Source of the DNA: a virus
Strand: one strand, 5' to 3'
Virus record (IMG/VR): IMGVR_UViG_3300028648_000084
Span: 17,532 to 81,531 of that record
Length of the DNA: 64,000 nt
Positions within the stretch are counted from its first letter, which is position 1; the number at the start of each line of letters is the position of its first letter. Below the pieces are notes generated by a model. It had not been told where the DNA came from. It ran no database searches and was given only the letters and a program-made list of their open reading frames with translations. The translations under genes and the position numbers were made by a program. Below, piece by piece: positions 56,247 to 64,000 of the stretch.

Positions 56247-58088
56247 CTAGCTCTTACCGTCCGATGAGATCTTCATCGCAATGTGACCACGCTGCGATCC
56301 ATCGATGTCAAGCAGCTCGCCCATACCCGCATCGCGGAGCTTCTTGCGCAAGGTGCTTGCGCACTTGTGCACGGTGTTCCTTCTCCGCGTGTTTCCGTCC
56401 CAGACATCCGCCAGCAAGGTCTCCATGCTGAGGTAGGCGCCTGGACGGAGTGCGAGGCGCCGGAACAGTTTCAATTCGATTGTGCTTCCGAGGAAGCACC
56501 CTTTGTCGCGGAAGCATGCACGGAGGCCGTCCTCGTCGACCGCGGGCGCCTTGTAGAAGGCCGACTTTCCGTTCGCGGCACCCGAGGATGACGCATCGGT
56601 GGTGTCAGCGAGAGCTGGTGGTGGACTTAGAGCCGGCGCGGGCGGGGCAAGGCGCGCAAGGATTCCCAGCGGTGAGTCATGGGGCACTTCGCCGTCGACG
56701 ATCCGATTCGCCTCCTGCTTGACGAGCGCTACCACAGCACGGTGCACCTGGTCGGCATGGCGACGATGCAATTGGAACACCTGTTCCGCGGCGGCGGCGG
56801 TCGATCCGGGGAGCGAAGAGAGCACTCGACCAACTTCACCGAACTGGGAGAGGAAGCCCTGCACCGAGGTGATCGAGCGGATCTTGAGCACGGACCCGAC
56901 ATACCTTTCGACGAGCGTCTTGTGAAGCTCGTCGCGGCAACGCATGTCGAGTCCAGTGGCATACATCTCGACAGGATCGTTGTCGTTGCCCATCTCGGCG
57001 GCGATGGCCGCGAAGCGCCGGTCGATGCACTGGGAGCAGCGCCCGCAATGGCTGTGCTGAGTCGTGCGCTCCTTCGTGTGGGCGCAACTGATTGTCTTCG
57101 CGCAGAGCGGCGCGAGGGCAGTAGTCCTGAGCTGCTCCAGAATCTCGGTGCGAGTTCGCCATAGGAACGGGTTCTCGATCTCGAACGGAACCTCGAAGAC
57201 GAGAGATAGCAGTTCTCGCAACCGCCTGATCGTGAGGGGATGGGTGGTGCGACTCGCGCGACCACCGACGAGTTCTGCTGCGATGGGGAGATTGAATGAA
57301 ATGGGCCCGTTCTCGTAGAAGCGGAATCGCGAGAGGCCAAGCCCACGCGCCACGGCGCCCGCCATCGTCGCGAACACGAACGACCGTGTGCGTTGCGTGT
57401 TGTCGACGCCGAGATCCTTGCCTTTGTTCAATCCAACTGGAATGTGGACGGGCCCGTGGCCAGACTTCGCGTGCGCGGCGAGAGCGGTGACGAGGTCACG
57501 CTGCGGCTTGCCGACCTTACTCGTGGAGACATGGCTCACGAGCGCCACTCGGCGCTGGCCGACCACGATCTCCTGCACGGCGCCACTGAATGAGTCGAGG
57601 CCACCTGAGAACAACATCACTTCCTCGATCCGGGGACCTTCGACCTTGCCAGTCGCGAATGGGAGGTATGCCTCGATTGGTGCGGGACTTTTGTTCTTCT
57701 CGAAGATGAATTCGTAATCGTCATCCGACAGGAACCCCAGTGCCGACGTGAGCGCCTCCAAGGTGGCGCGAGCATTCCAGAACGCGACATCTCGCACAGG
57801 AACCTCGAAGCGGAGATGGCGACGCCACTTCTTCCCGTACTCGAAAGAGGAGTCGCCTCCGCGGCTGACCGCCTGATCGGCCGTGTAGACATAGGCCGCG
57901 ATCTCGAGCAGATCGAGAGCTCTCGGTGGAAGCGGCGCCACAAGCTTGTTCGGGATGTCGCCACTTTTCAGGTGGACCTCTCGGGCACCTTTCCCGATCG
58001 ACAGCTTGATCGGGCGAGCGCCCGTCCAGCGTTTCGCCTTCGACGAGGTCCGAGCGCCGCCGCAGAGGATGAGGCGGGGTGCGCTCAT
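56247..58088 (-). CDS. QueC-like (QatC-type) PP-loop enzyme fused to a C-terminal OmpR-like winged helix
   Basis: LFSGGLDS PP-loop; TQRTRSF; SCAH...HCGRCSQC zinc site; tail LFRRLALRPGAYLSMETLLADVWDG...HKCASTLRKKL. Confidence 0.85.
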   Translation of the reverse strand: MSAPRLILCGGARTSSKAKRWTGARPIKLSIGKGAREVHLKSGDIPNKLVAPLPPRALDLLEIAAYVYTADQAVSRGGDSSFEYGKKWRRHLRFEVPVRDVAFWNARATLEALTSALGFLSDDDYEFIFEKNKSPAPIEAYLPFATGKVEGPRIEEVMLFSGGLDSFSGAVQEIVVGQRRVALVSHVSTSKVGKPQRDLVTALAAHAKSGHGPVHIPVGLNKGKDLGVDNTQRTRSFVFATMAGAVARGLGLSRFRFYENGPISFNLPIAAELVGGRASRTTHPLTIRRLRELLSLVFEVPFEIENPFLWRTRTEILEQLRTTALAPLCAKTISCAHTKERTTQHSHCGRCSQCIDRRFAAIAAEMGNDNDPVEMYATGLDMRCRDELHKTLVERYVGSVLKIRSITSVQGFLSQFGEVGRVLSSLPGSTAAAAEQVFQLHRRHADQVHRAVVALVKQEANRIVDGEVPHDSPLGILARLAPPAPALSPPPALADTTDASSSGAANGKSAFYKAPAVDEDGLRACFRDKGCFLGSTIELKLFRRLALRPGAYLSMETLLADVWDGNTRRRNTVHKCASTLRKKLRDAGMGELLDIDGSQRGHIAMKISSDGKS

Positions 58089-58858
58089 CCGGCGGCTCTC
58101 CGTCGGACCTCGCTGCGGATCTTCGTGATGCAGTAGCTCGCGAAACGGCGAGCTGAGTCTTCCGACAGTCCCGTCTCGAACTTGGACTTGCCGTACCAAC
58201 CGGACGCGAACTCGCGAACGATCGATGTGACCTGGGAGCTGTGCTGCCGAAGTGCGTCGAGAAACTCGTTGTGGGCTGCGGAGTCAGCGAACCGCTGGTT
58301 CTGGCCGACATGCTGCGAGAGTTCCCGGCTCAGGTGGTAGGTTAGATAGCGTTCGAAGAAGCGAGTGAAGAACGCATGCGTCAGCGTTCTGAATCCCCCC
58401 TCGGTCCCGAATGCGCCCAGAGCTGACTTTGCGCTTGCTGCCGCATCACTCCACAGGAGGTCGGGCGCGGCGCCTGCCGTCGCGCTGATCGCCTCGATGG
58501 CCGCCATCTGCGCCATCTCGCCGAGGTCGTTGCGAGCTCGGTTCGCCGTCAGGTGGCGATCGACCGCGTCACTGAATCCTGCGAGTACATCCGTGAGCGA
58601 CGCATCGTTGGAGACATCGATCGCGCACTCGCGAAGCGCGCTGGCGAAATCACCCTTGCGTGCCGCCGCGACGATCCTCGCCAGTAGCCAGACTGAGTAC
58701 GCGACGCCTCTGTCCCGTCCAGCAAGTTCGAGACCGCGCTCGGCAGCCTCAAGCGTTGCCTCAGCGACAGCCGCGACATCCTCGCCGAGCGCGAGTGCCT
58801 CGACGACATGCCACCACTTCGAGGTATCAGGCGGGAACTGAAGACGGTTGTGGCCGAT
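58085..58858 (-). CDS. QatB-like partner protein (257 aa) with an ATC start codon
   Basis: Frame is open for 114 codons upstream of ATG 58516 with no ATG/GTG/TTG. GGAG lies 7 nt before ATC-GGC-CAC-AAC-CGT. Stop codon overlaps the QueC-like ATG. Confidence 0.7.
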   Translation of the reverse strand: MGHNRLQFPPDTSKWWHVVEALALGEDVAAVAEATLEAAERGLELAGRDRGVAYSVWLLARIVAAARKGDFASALRECAIDVSNDASLTDVLAGFSDAVDRHLTANRARNDLGEMAQMAAIEAISATAGAAPDLLWSDAAASAKSALGAFGTEGGFRTLTHAFFTRFFERYLTYHLSRELSQHVGQNQRFADSAAHNEFLDALRQHSSQVTSIVREFASGWYGKSKFETGLSEDSARRFASYCITKIRSEVRRRAAG

Positions 58859-59001
58859 GGGCGGACTCCGGAAACCCGTTCCACCGGAGCCGAAGCCCCG
58901 ACTGAGACAGATCTTGCGACAGTATTGCCGATGCCTGCCTCGCCTTCAAACGGGCACGCCGGTGGTCGACCTCGCAGCTCCCATTCCGCTAGGGTTCGAG
59001 C

Positions 59002-59745
59002 ATGGACTGTTGGGCCAAGGGACATGGGCCATGCCGCGGCGCAATCACCGGCGAGCATTGGGTGCCGCGTGGGATTGCCACTGGACCGTCAGTCGACGTG
59101 CGAGGAATGACCTTCTGTGGCAACGAGACCCGCACCATCCCGTGGTCCACGGCGCTGAGCAACATGCTCTGCGAGCGCCACAACCACGAGGTCTCTAGCG
59201 GGCTCGATATGGAGGCGATCCGCCTCAAGCGGTCCATCGAAGCGGTGGCAGACGAGAGCGATGTCTGCCGCCCGGGAGCGCTGTGGCGCGGCCCGAACGT
59301 GATCGAACTTCCGTTCGATCAGCTTGCGCGCTGGATGACAAAGACCTGGTGCAATTTCGTCGCCGCCAACCGTGGCGCCGTGATGCCCGCCGCCGCGGCT
59401 TACGCGATGGGAGTCGAGGCGGCCGACATCAGGATGTTCCCTTACCTGCGCGCAACCCTGCACACGGAAGTGATGCTCGACACCGCGATCGGCCACATCG
59501 GCGTGCTTTCACTCGAAGACGCGAACGGTGTCATCGGATTCCAAGGAGAGGTCTTTGGCCTTACCTTCCTCGTTACCTGCCATGATTTGCGGGGAACGCC
59601 GCGGCGCATTCGGGTCGACGGAGAGGGTGTCATCTCAAGCAACGAGCTGAAGCGTCGGGTCGAGCTCGACTTTCGGGCGCATGTCCCTATGCACGGTACT
59701 GTCGTTGTCGCGAAGCTCGTGCTGGGATCGGGTCAGACCACTTGA
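59002..59745 (+). CDS. Hypothetical protein with an HNH-like N-terminus
   Basis: C-x7-C...GEHWVP...LCERHN pattern; divergent from the QatB-like gene. Confidence 0.55.
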   Translation: MDCWAKGHGPCRGAITGEHWVPRGIATGPSVDVRGMTFCGNETRTIPWSTALSNMLCERHNHEVSSGLDMEAIRLKRSIEAVADESDVCRPGALWRGPNVIELPFDQLARWMTKTWCNFVAANRGAVMPAAAAYAMGVEAADIRMFPYLRATLHTEVMLDTAIGHIGVLSLEDANGVIGFQGEVFGLTFLVTCHDLRGTPRRIRVDGEGVISSNELKRRVELDFRAHVPMHGTVVVAKLVLGSGQTT

Positions 59746-60131
59746 GCGGCGCGCCGCCACGCTGACCTCTGTTCCTTCCAATCCGTGTGGGCCACGATCG
59801 GCCGCAACCGCCTTTCGTTGAGCCGGTCGCGACCGGTCCTGGCGCTGCCCCAGTGCAGCAGCTCCTCCTGAATGTCCGGGGCGAGCAGGGTCAAGTTCAG
59901 GATCTGCGTCACGCGAGGCTGCGTGATCCGGGTGAGCCGGGCGAGTTCCGACAGACTCGCCACCGAGCCGTCTCTCAGGAGCCGATCGAAGCGGATCGCA
60001 AGCGCCATCAGACGCGCCACGCGCGGCACCCGAGGCGGCAGCACCTTCTCTGCGGGTGCCGGCTCATCCGCGAGGACAACCCGACCACCGCTCGTGCGAG
60101 TGAGGTGAACTTTCGCTCGTAGTGCCATCAT
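59733..60131 (-). CDS. Recombinase-associated small HTH protein
   Basis: ATGA-coupled to the recombinase gene; homolog of the 17041-17400 fragment. Confidence 0.75.
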   Translation of the reverse strand: MMALRAKVHLTRTSGGRVVLADEPAPAEKVLPPRVPRVARLMALAIRFDRLLRDGSVASLSELARLTRITQPRVTQILNLTLLAPDIQEELLHWGSARTGRDRLNERRLRPIVAHTDWKEQRSAWRRAAQVV

Positions 60132-61495
60132 GCGGCTTCCTCCAGTGATCCCTTGGTGAGCGCGGTCACGCCCGTCGGATGGAACATGACTTCAACGCTG
60201 CTCTCCGCGCCGTCGTACTCGACGCGGTCGATCGCGAGATCAAGCACCCGCGTCTGCTCGCGTGGCGTGAGCGCTGCCCACAGCGACTCGAAGTCGTCAA
60301 GCGCCATCGTCACATCCGCCACGCCGACGGCGCGGTCAGACTCCCGCGCCGACGCGACTGCCGCGTTCATGATCGCTGGTTGACGCAGCGCCACCGCGAG
60401 CTGCTCCAGCACGACGCGTTCGATCTCTGCCGCAGGCAGCGATGGTGACGGGCAGTTCGCTCGAGTGGTTCGGTTCGCCTTCGAACAGACGTAGTACCGA
60501 TAGCGCTTCGTGCCTCGGCCCGAGAGCACATGCACCATGGCGCAGCCGCACGCTCGGCAGTGCAGGCGACCCTTGAGCATCGCACCATTCTCGGAGGCAG
60601 CCGGGGTCGAGCCAGAACGACCGTTCGCATGGAGTTGCTTCTGCACTCGCGCGAACGTCGCCTCCGACACGATCGCCTCATGCTCACCCGGGAACCGCTC
60701 CCCTTTATGGACAATCTGGCCGGTGCACAGTGGGTTCGTGAGAAGCTGGTGCAGCGACGGCCGGTCGAACGGGCGACCGCCGAGGCGTTTGCCGTTCTGG
60801 GTCGACCAGACCTTGTTCGTCCACCTCCGGCGATCGAGCTCCTCGACCACCGGCAGGAGCGAGCCCTTCTCCAGGTACAGCTCGAAGATGGTCCGCACGC
60901 GCGACGCTTCCTCGGGGTTCACCACGAGGCGCGGGCTCGGTCCTGAGCGATCGACCTCGTACCCGAGCATCGGCTTTCCGCCCGCCCACTTCCCTCGGCG
61001 GCGCGCCGCGGCAATCTTGTCGCGGATGCGCTCGCCGATGATCTCGCGCTCGAACTGCGCGAAAGAGAGCAGGACGTTCAGCATCAGGCGACCCATCGAG
61101 TCACGGGTATTGAACGCCTGCGTCACCGAAACGAACGCCACGCCGTGGCGTTCGAACGTCTCCATGACTTTCGTGAAGTCGAGGAGCGACCGGCTGAGGC
61201 GATCGACCTTGTAAACCACCACGCAGTCGATCGCCCCGGACGCGATATCGGCGAGAAGTCGCTGGAGCGCGGGCCGCTCGATGTTGCCGCCCGTGAATCC
61301 ACCGTCGTCGTAACGCGCCGGAAGACAGGTCCAACCCTCTGTCTTCTGACTGGCGATGTACGCCTCGCCGCTCTCGCGCTGGGCGTCGAGAGAGTTGAAC
61401 TCCTGGTCGAGCCCCTCCTCGGTGCTCTTCCTCGTGTAGACGGCGCAGCGCATGCGCTTCGTGTTCGTCGCGACGGCGGCCATGCGGCGACTCAC
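60128..61495 (-). CDS. Large serine recombinase (integrase)
   Basis: CAVYTRKS catalytic Ser, SLDAQ, VYKVDRLSRS, recombinase domain, CRACG...YYVC zinc ribbon; start GTG 61495 or ATG 61483. Confidence 0.95.
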   Translation of the reverse strand: MSRRMAAVATNTKRMRCAVYTRKSTEEGLDQEFNSLDAQRESGEAYIASQKTEGWTCLPARYDDGGFTGGNIERPALQRLLADIASGAIDCVVVYKVDRLSRSLLDFTKVMETFERHGVAFVSVTQAFNTRDSMGRLMLNVLLSFAQFEREIIGERIRDKIAAARRRGKWAGGKPMLGYEVDRSGPSPRLVVNPEEASRVRTIFELYLEKGSLLPVVEELDRRRWTNKVWSTQNGKRLGGRPFDRPSLHQLLTNPLCTGQIVHKGERFPGEHEAIVSEATFARVQKQLHANGRSGSTPAASENGAMLKGRLHCRACGCAMVHVLSGRGTKRYRYYVCSKANRTTRANCPSPSLPAAEIERVVLEQLAVALRQPAIMNAAVASARESDRAVGVADVTMALDDFESLWAALTPREQTRVLDLAIDRVEYDGAESSVEVMFHPTGVTALTKGSLEEAA

Positions 61496-62013
61496 TGCGG
61501 CCTCTCCAGACCGAAGAAGCGGAAGCCGTTGATGTGGGAGCCTGTGATCAACTTCGCGACGGCCGACAGCGAGGGGAGGTGCTGGCCATCCCACTCGAAG
61601 CCGTCATCGAGGACGTTCACGACGAGTCGACGCCCCTTGTAGTCGCGGACGATCGAAGTGCCGGGACGCGGCAGCCGGGGATCGTGGTTAGTCGGTACGC
61701 CGTGGATCTCGCGCGAACGAGGGATTGTGCGAATGGCACCAGAGCGAGGTGGCGTCACGCGCACTTCGGCATCGTTCGCAAGCTCTTCGGCGCGTCGGAG
61801 CGCGCGATCCGAGAGTCCGCCCTCAGCGTTCGCTTGGATGCGCCACGCGATGCGGCGGATGAGGTACTGGCGGTGTCGGCTTCGAGCCTTCTCGCCGACG
61901 ACTTCCGCGTAGCGCTCGTGCAGCTCGCCGACGGTCATCCGTTCGAGTGCAGCGATCTCTGTTTCGATATCGATGATCATGTACTTGGTCTCCTTGCCAC
62001 CCGCATCGTTCAC
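61492..62013 (-). CDS. DUF2924-family protein
   Basis: LERMTVGEL..RY, LIRRIAWRIQANAEGGLS, PGTSIVRDYKG, SLSAVAKLITGSHINGFRFFGL. Confidence 0.88.
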   Translation of the reverse strand: MNDAGGKETKYMIIDIETEIAALERMTVGELHERYAEVVGEKARSRHRQYLIRRIAWRIQANAEGGLSDRALRRAEELANDAEVRVTPPRSGAIRTIPRSREIHGVPTNHDPRLPRPGTSIVRDYKGRRLVVNVLDDGFEWDGQHLPSLSAVAKLITGSHINGFRFFGLERPQ

Positions 62014-62216
62014 CCGCGGGTACGGTCTGCCACACTGAGCGGCAAGGGCGCCGGAACCTCAAGGCCACTTGCAGAGGATTCCTGCGAGATTCCGGGCACC
62101 GGAGGTGTGATCCGCCGGTCGAGCGCCATGCGCTGGACGACTGCGGCCGCGAGGATGCTCGCGAGTTCTCGAAGACGATCGGAAGGTGCGATGTCCGGCT
62201 GCGACCTTGCAGACAT
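62010..62216 (-). CDS. Small hypothetical protein leading the recombinase operon
   Basis: 68 aa, ATGA-coupled to the DUF2924 gene. Confidence 0.55.
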   Translation of the reverse strand: MSARSQPDIAPSDRLRELASILAAAVVQRMALDRRITPPVPGISQESSASGLEVPAPLPLSVADRTRG

Positions 62217-62275
62217 GCGGCGACTCCTGGGCCGCGGGCATCAGCCTGCGACTGCGGGGTGAAGGGCGAACGGTG

Positions 62276-62317
62276 GCTATCTGGGATGTACGCCGTGATT
62301 CCGACGCATGTCCGGCA
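62276..62317 (-). promoter_or_regulatory. Conserved 42-bp motif, copy c (recombinase operon)
   Basis: GCTATCTGGGATGTACGCCGTGATTCCGACGCATGTCCGGCA on the plus strand. Confidence 0.7.
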
Positions 62318-62425
62318 CGACTGGATTCGGACTCGGGCGGAGAAACGGGCTCGAAGGTGGACAGAACAGCTGCGGGGGGCGACAATGACGGCGCCGCAGT
62401 GGTGCGAATGGACACGACGGCGGCC

Positions 62426-62454
62426 TTGACGAACCCGAACAGAACCCGTACCTT
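62426..62454 (+). promoter_or_regulatory. sigma70 promoter TTGACG-17-TACCTT
   Basis: -35 at 62426-62431 and -10 at 62449-62454, 7 nt before the in-frame GTG at 62461. Confidence 0.5.
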
Positions 62455-62460
62455 TTGCGC

Positions 62461-63483
62461 GTGCCCACCACTCTGCCTTCATGTGCCAACAGTTCGAGGC
62501 CTCGCGAGGCGTCCCCTCCCGAGTCGCTCATCGGCACCTTCGATTTCGGGCTACCGTCACGCACAATCGGCCGCTCACTGGCAGTCCACGCGGACTGCTT
62601 CGAGTGGATGGCTCGTTGCCCCGAGAATGCAATCCACGCCATCGTGACGGACCCGCCTTACGGCGTGAAGGAGTTCGACACCGATCAGTTGGAGAAGCGC
62701 GCCAGCGGCAAGGGTGGCATCTGGCGCATTCCGCCTTCCTTCGACGGTCACGCGCGTTCCCCACTTCCCCGGTTCACCGCGCTCGATGGCAAAGAGCGGG
62801 AGCGCCTCCGCTGCTTCTTCAAAGAGTGGAGTTCACTGGCTCTCAGGGTCCTACGGCCTGGCGGCCACGTTCTCCTCGCAACGAACGCGTTCGTTTCCCA
62901 GTTGATCTTTGGAGCGATGATCGAAGGCGGCCTTGAGTTCCGTGGCGAACTGATCCGGCTCGTGCGCACTCTGCGCGGCGGTGATCGACCCAAGAACGCC
63001 GAGGAGGAGTTTCCGGGAGTCTGCTCAATGGCGCGGGGCTGCTACGAGCCTTGGGGGATCTTTCGAAAGCCCATGGGGTCGCTGAAGGTCAGCGATTGCC
63101 TTCGCGAGTGGCAGACAGGTGGCCTCCGTCGCTACAAGAACGACCTTCCATTCGAGGACGTGATCGAAAGCGAACGAACGCCGCAGCGTGAACGGGCCGT
63201 TGCGGGACACCCCAGTCTCAAGCCACAGTCACTGATGCGGCGGCTCGTCTGGGCGTCGCTGCCGCTAGGTGAAGGCGTGGTGCTTGACCCGTTCATGGGG
63301 TCGGGTTCGACTATCGCAGCCGGGGAAGCGGTCGGCGTGCAGGCGATCGGCCTCGAGCGCCATCCGGAGTACTTCAAACTTGCGGTCGGCGCAATTCCGC
63401 GACTGCGCGCTCAATCGACTCCTGATCTGTCCGGCCTCGTCGACTCCGCTGGGGAGCCTGCGCTATTCGGCGGGAGCCGATAG
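62461..63483 (+). CDS. Beta-class N6A/N4C DNA methyltransferase
   Basis: VTDPPYG, HPSLKP, VLDPFMGSGST; exact start uncertain. Confidence 0.88.
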   Translation: MPTTLPSCANSSRPREASPPESLIGTFDFGLPSRTIGRSLAVHADCFEWMARCPENAIHAIVTDPPYGVKEFDTDQLEKRASGKGGIWRIPPSFDGHARSPLPRFTALDGKERERLRCFFKEWSSLALRVLRPGGHVLLATNAFVSQLIFGAMIEGGLEFRGELIRLVRTLRGGDRPKNAEEEFPGVCSMARGCYEPWGIFRKPMGSLKVSDCLREWQTGGLRRYKNDLPFEDVIESERTPQRERAVAGHPSLKPQSLMRRLVWASLPLGEGVVLDPFMGSGSTIAAGEAVGVQAIGLERHPEYFKLAVGAIPRLRAQSTPDLSGLVDSAGEPALFGGSR

Positions 63484-64000
63484 ATCCAATTGCTCTCCAT
63501 CTTGGCGAAGCCGCTGTTGGTTACGCTGGCCGTGATCGTGCGCCGGCTCGTCTCCGAACGGCCCGAGAAAAGCCAATCTACTTCCGCGAGCTGAGCACCT
63601 ACCACCTTGAGAAATCGGAACGGCATTGGCGCTACTCCGTTGGCAGCGTCGATGGCACGGTTGGCTTCGAACACGAAAACAAGAAGCCAGACGCACTCTG
63701 CATTGTGTCCCTGCCAACCGCGAAGATAGCGTGAGGCCTTGACCTCGATGCCGTCGGTGCTGTGCTGCACAGCGTCACGCTCGAACTGGCCTTTGGGTAT
63801 GAGGTCGGGGTGTCCATTGTGGTAGCGGTTCTTGACGAGGTCAGCGCAGTGCTTGGGGATCGTCGCCGACATGAATTCGCCGACGATGCTGCTGAAATTG
63901 GCGGGCATCAAGAACGCTTCGAGCCGTGGAATCTGCTTCGAGTAGAGCTGGGAATTGACGAACTCGAGGAACTCGATGAAATCGTTCATCGCGGCGCGGA
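63411..64000 (-). CDS. Putative type II restriction endonuclease, 5' end outside the window
   Basis: HPDL...GIEVKAS PD-(D/E)xK motif; convergent with the methyltransferase; frame open to the window edge. Confidence 0.6.
   Translation of the reverse strand, partial: RAAMNDFIEFLEFVNSQLYSKQIPRLEAFLMPANFSSIVGEFMSATIPKHCADLVKNRYHNGHPDLIPKGQFERDAVQHSTDGIEVKASRYLRGWQGHNAECVWLLVFVFEANRAIDAANGVAPMPFRFLKVVGAQLAEVDWLFSGRSETSRRTITASVTNSGFAKMESNWIYRLPPNSAGSPAESTRPDRSGVD

Larger units (their letters stand above)
28521..62320 (-). mobile_element. Prophage unit 2 (siphovirus-like, large serine recombinase)
   Basis: Contiguous recombinase, replication, packaging, head and tail modules; att sites not identified, so both ends are approximate. 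Confidence 0.9.

Noticed and set aside
56247-58088. Calling this gene canonical queC or a complete qatABCD/Dpd system
   Set aside because: It is far longer than tRNA-pathway QueC and has a winged-helix tail; no queD/queE/folE, dpdA, qatA or qatD is in the window.
28400-62450. attL/attR direct repeats for prophage unit 2
   Set aside because: No convincing pair found by eye; serine-integrase cores are too short to call without an empty-site genome.
1-64000. tRNA, rRNA or tmRNA genes
   Set aside because: No cloverleaf with T-loop GTTCRA and matching acceptor stem, and no rRNA-like tract, was seen in the intergenic regions.

Overview
High-GC bacterial window, probably from a planctomycete of the Phycisphaerae (inferred from the DLNGDG-type dockerin-like domains and the prophage gene set). 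It holds two related serine-recombinase prophages in tandem, both mostly on the minus strand. Unit 2 (~28.5-62.3 kb) looks nearly complete: recombinase module, sigma-like factor, replication genes, terminase, portal, protease-capsid fusion and non-contractile tail. Unit 1 (~5.6-17.4 kb) keeps only its tail block and accessory slot, with two visible deletion scars. Each unit carries secreted cargo beyond its tail genes: a phospholipase A2-repeat-dockerin protein plus a WD40 lipoprotein in unit 1, and a ~2630-aa Rhs protein plus a likely immunity gene in unit 2. Each is flanked by defence genes: HsdS-like, McrBC-like plus an RHH-methyltransferase, a dead SmaI-like R-M pair, and another R-M pair at the right edge. 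The best lead is a QatB-like / QueC-like-winged-helix gene pair directly upstream of the phage sigma factor, where a repressor would be expected. Its first gene starts M-G but has an ATC start codon, and three copies of an ECF-like promoter motif precede the phage operons. Other leads are a ~140-nt structured element repeated at the left end of both units, an iteron-like origin and a G-quadruplex motif upstream of the terminase. All family assignments come from motif recognition and memory, not from database searches.
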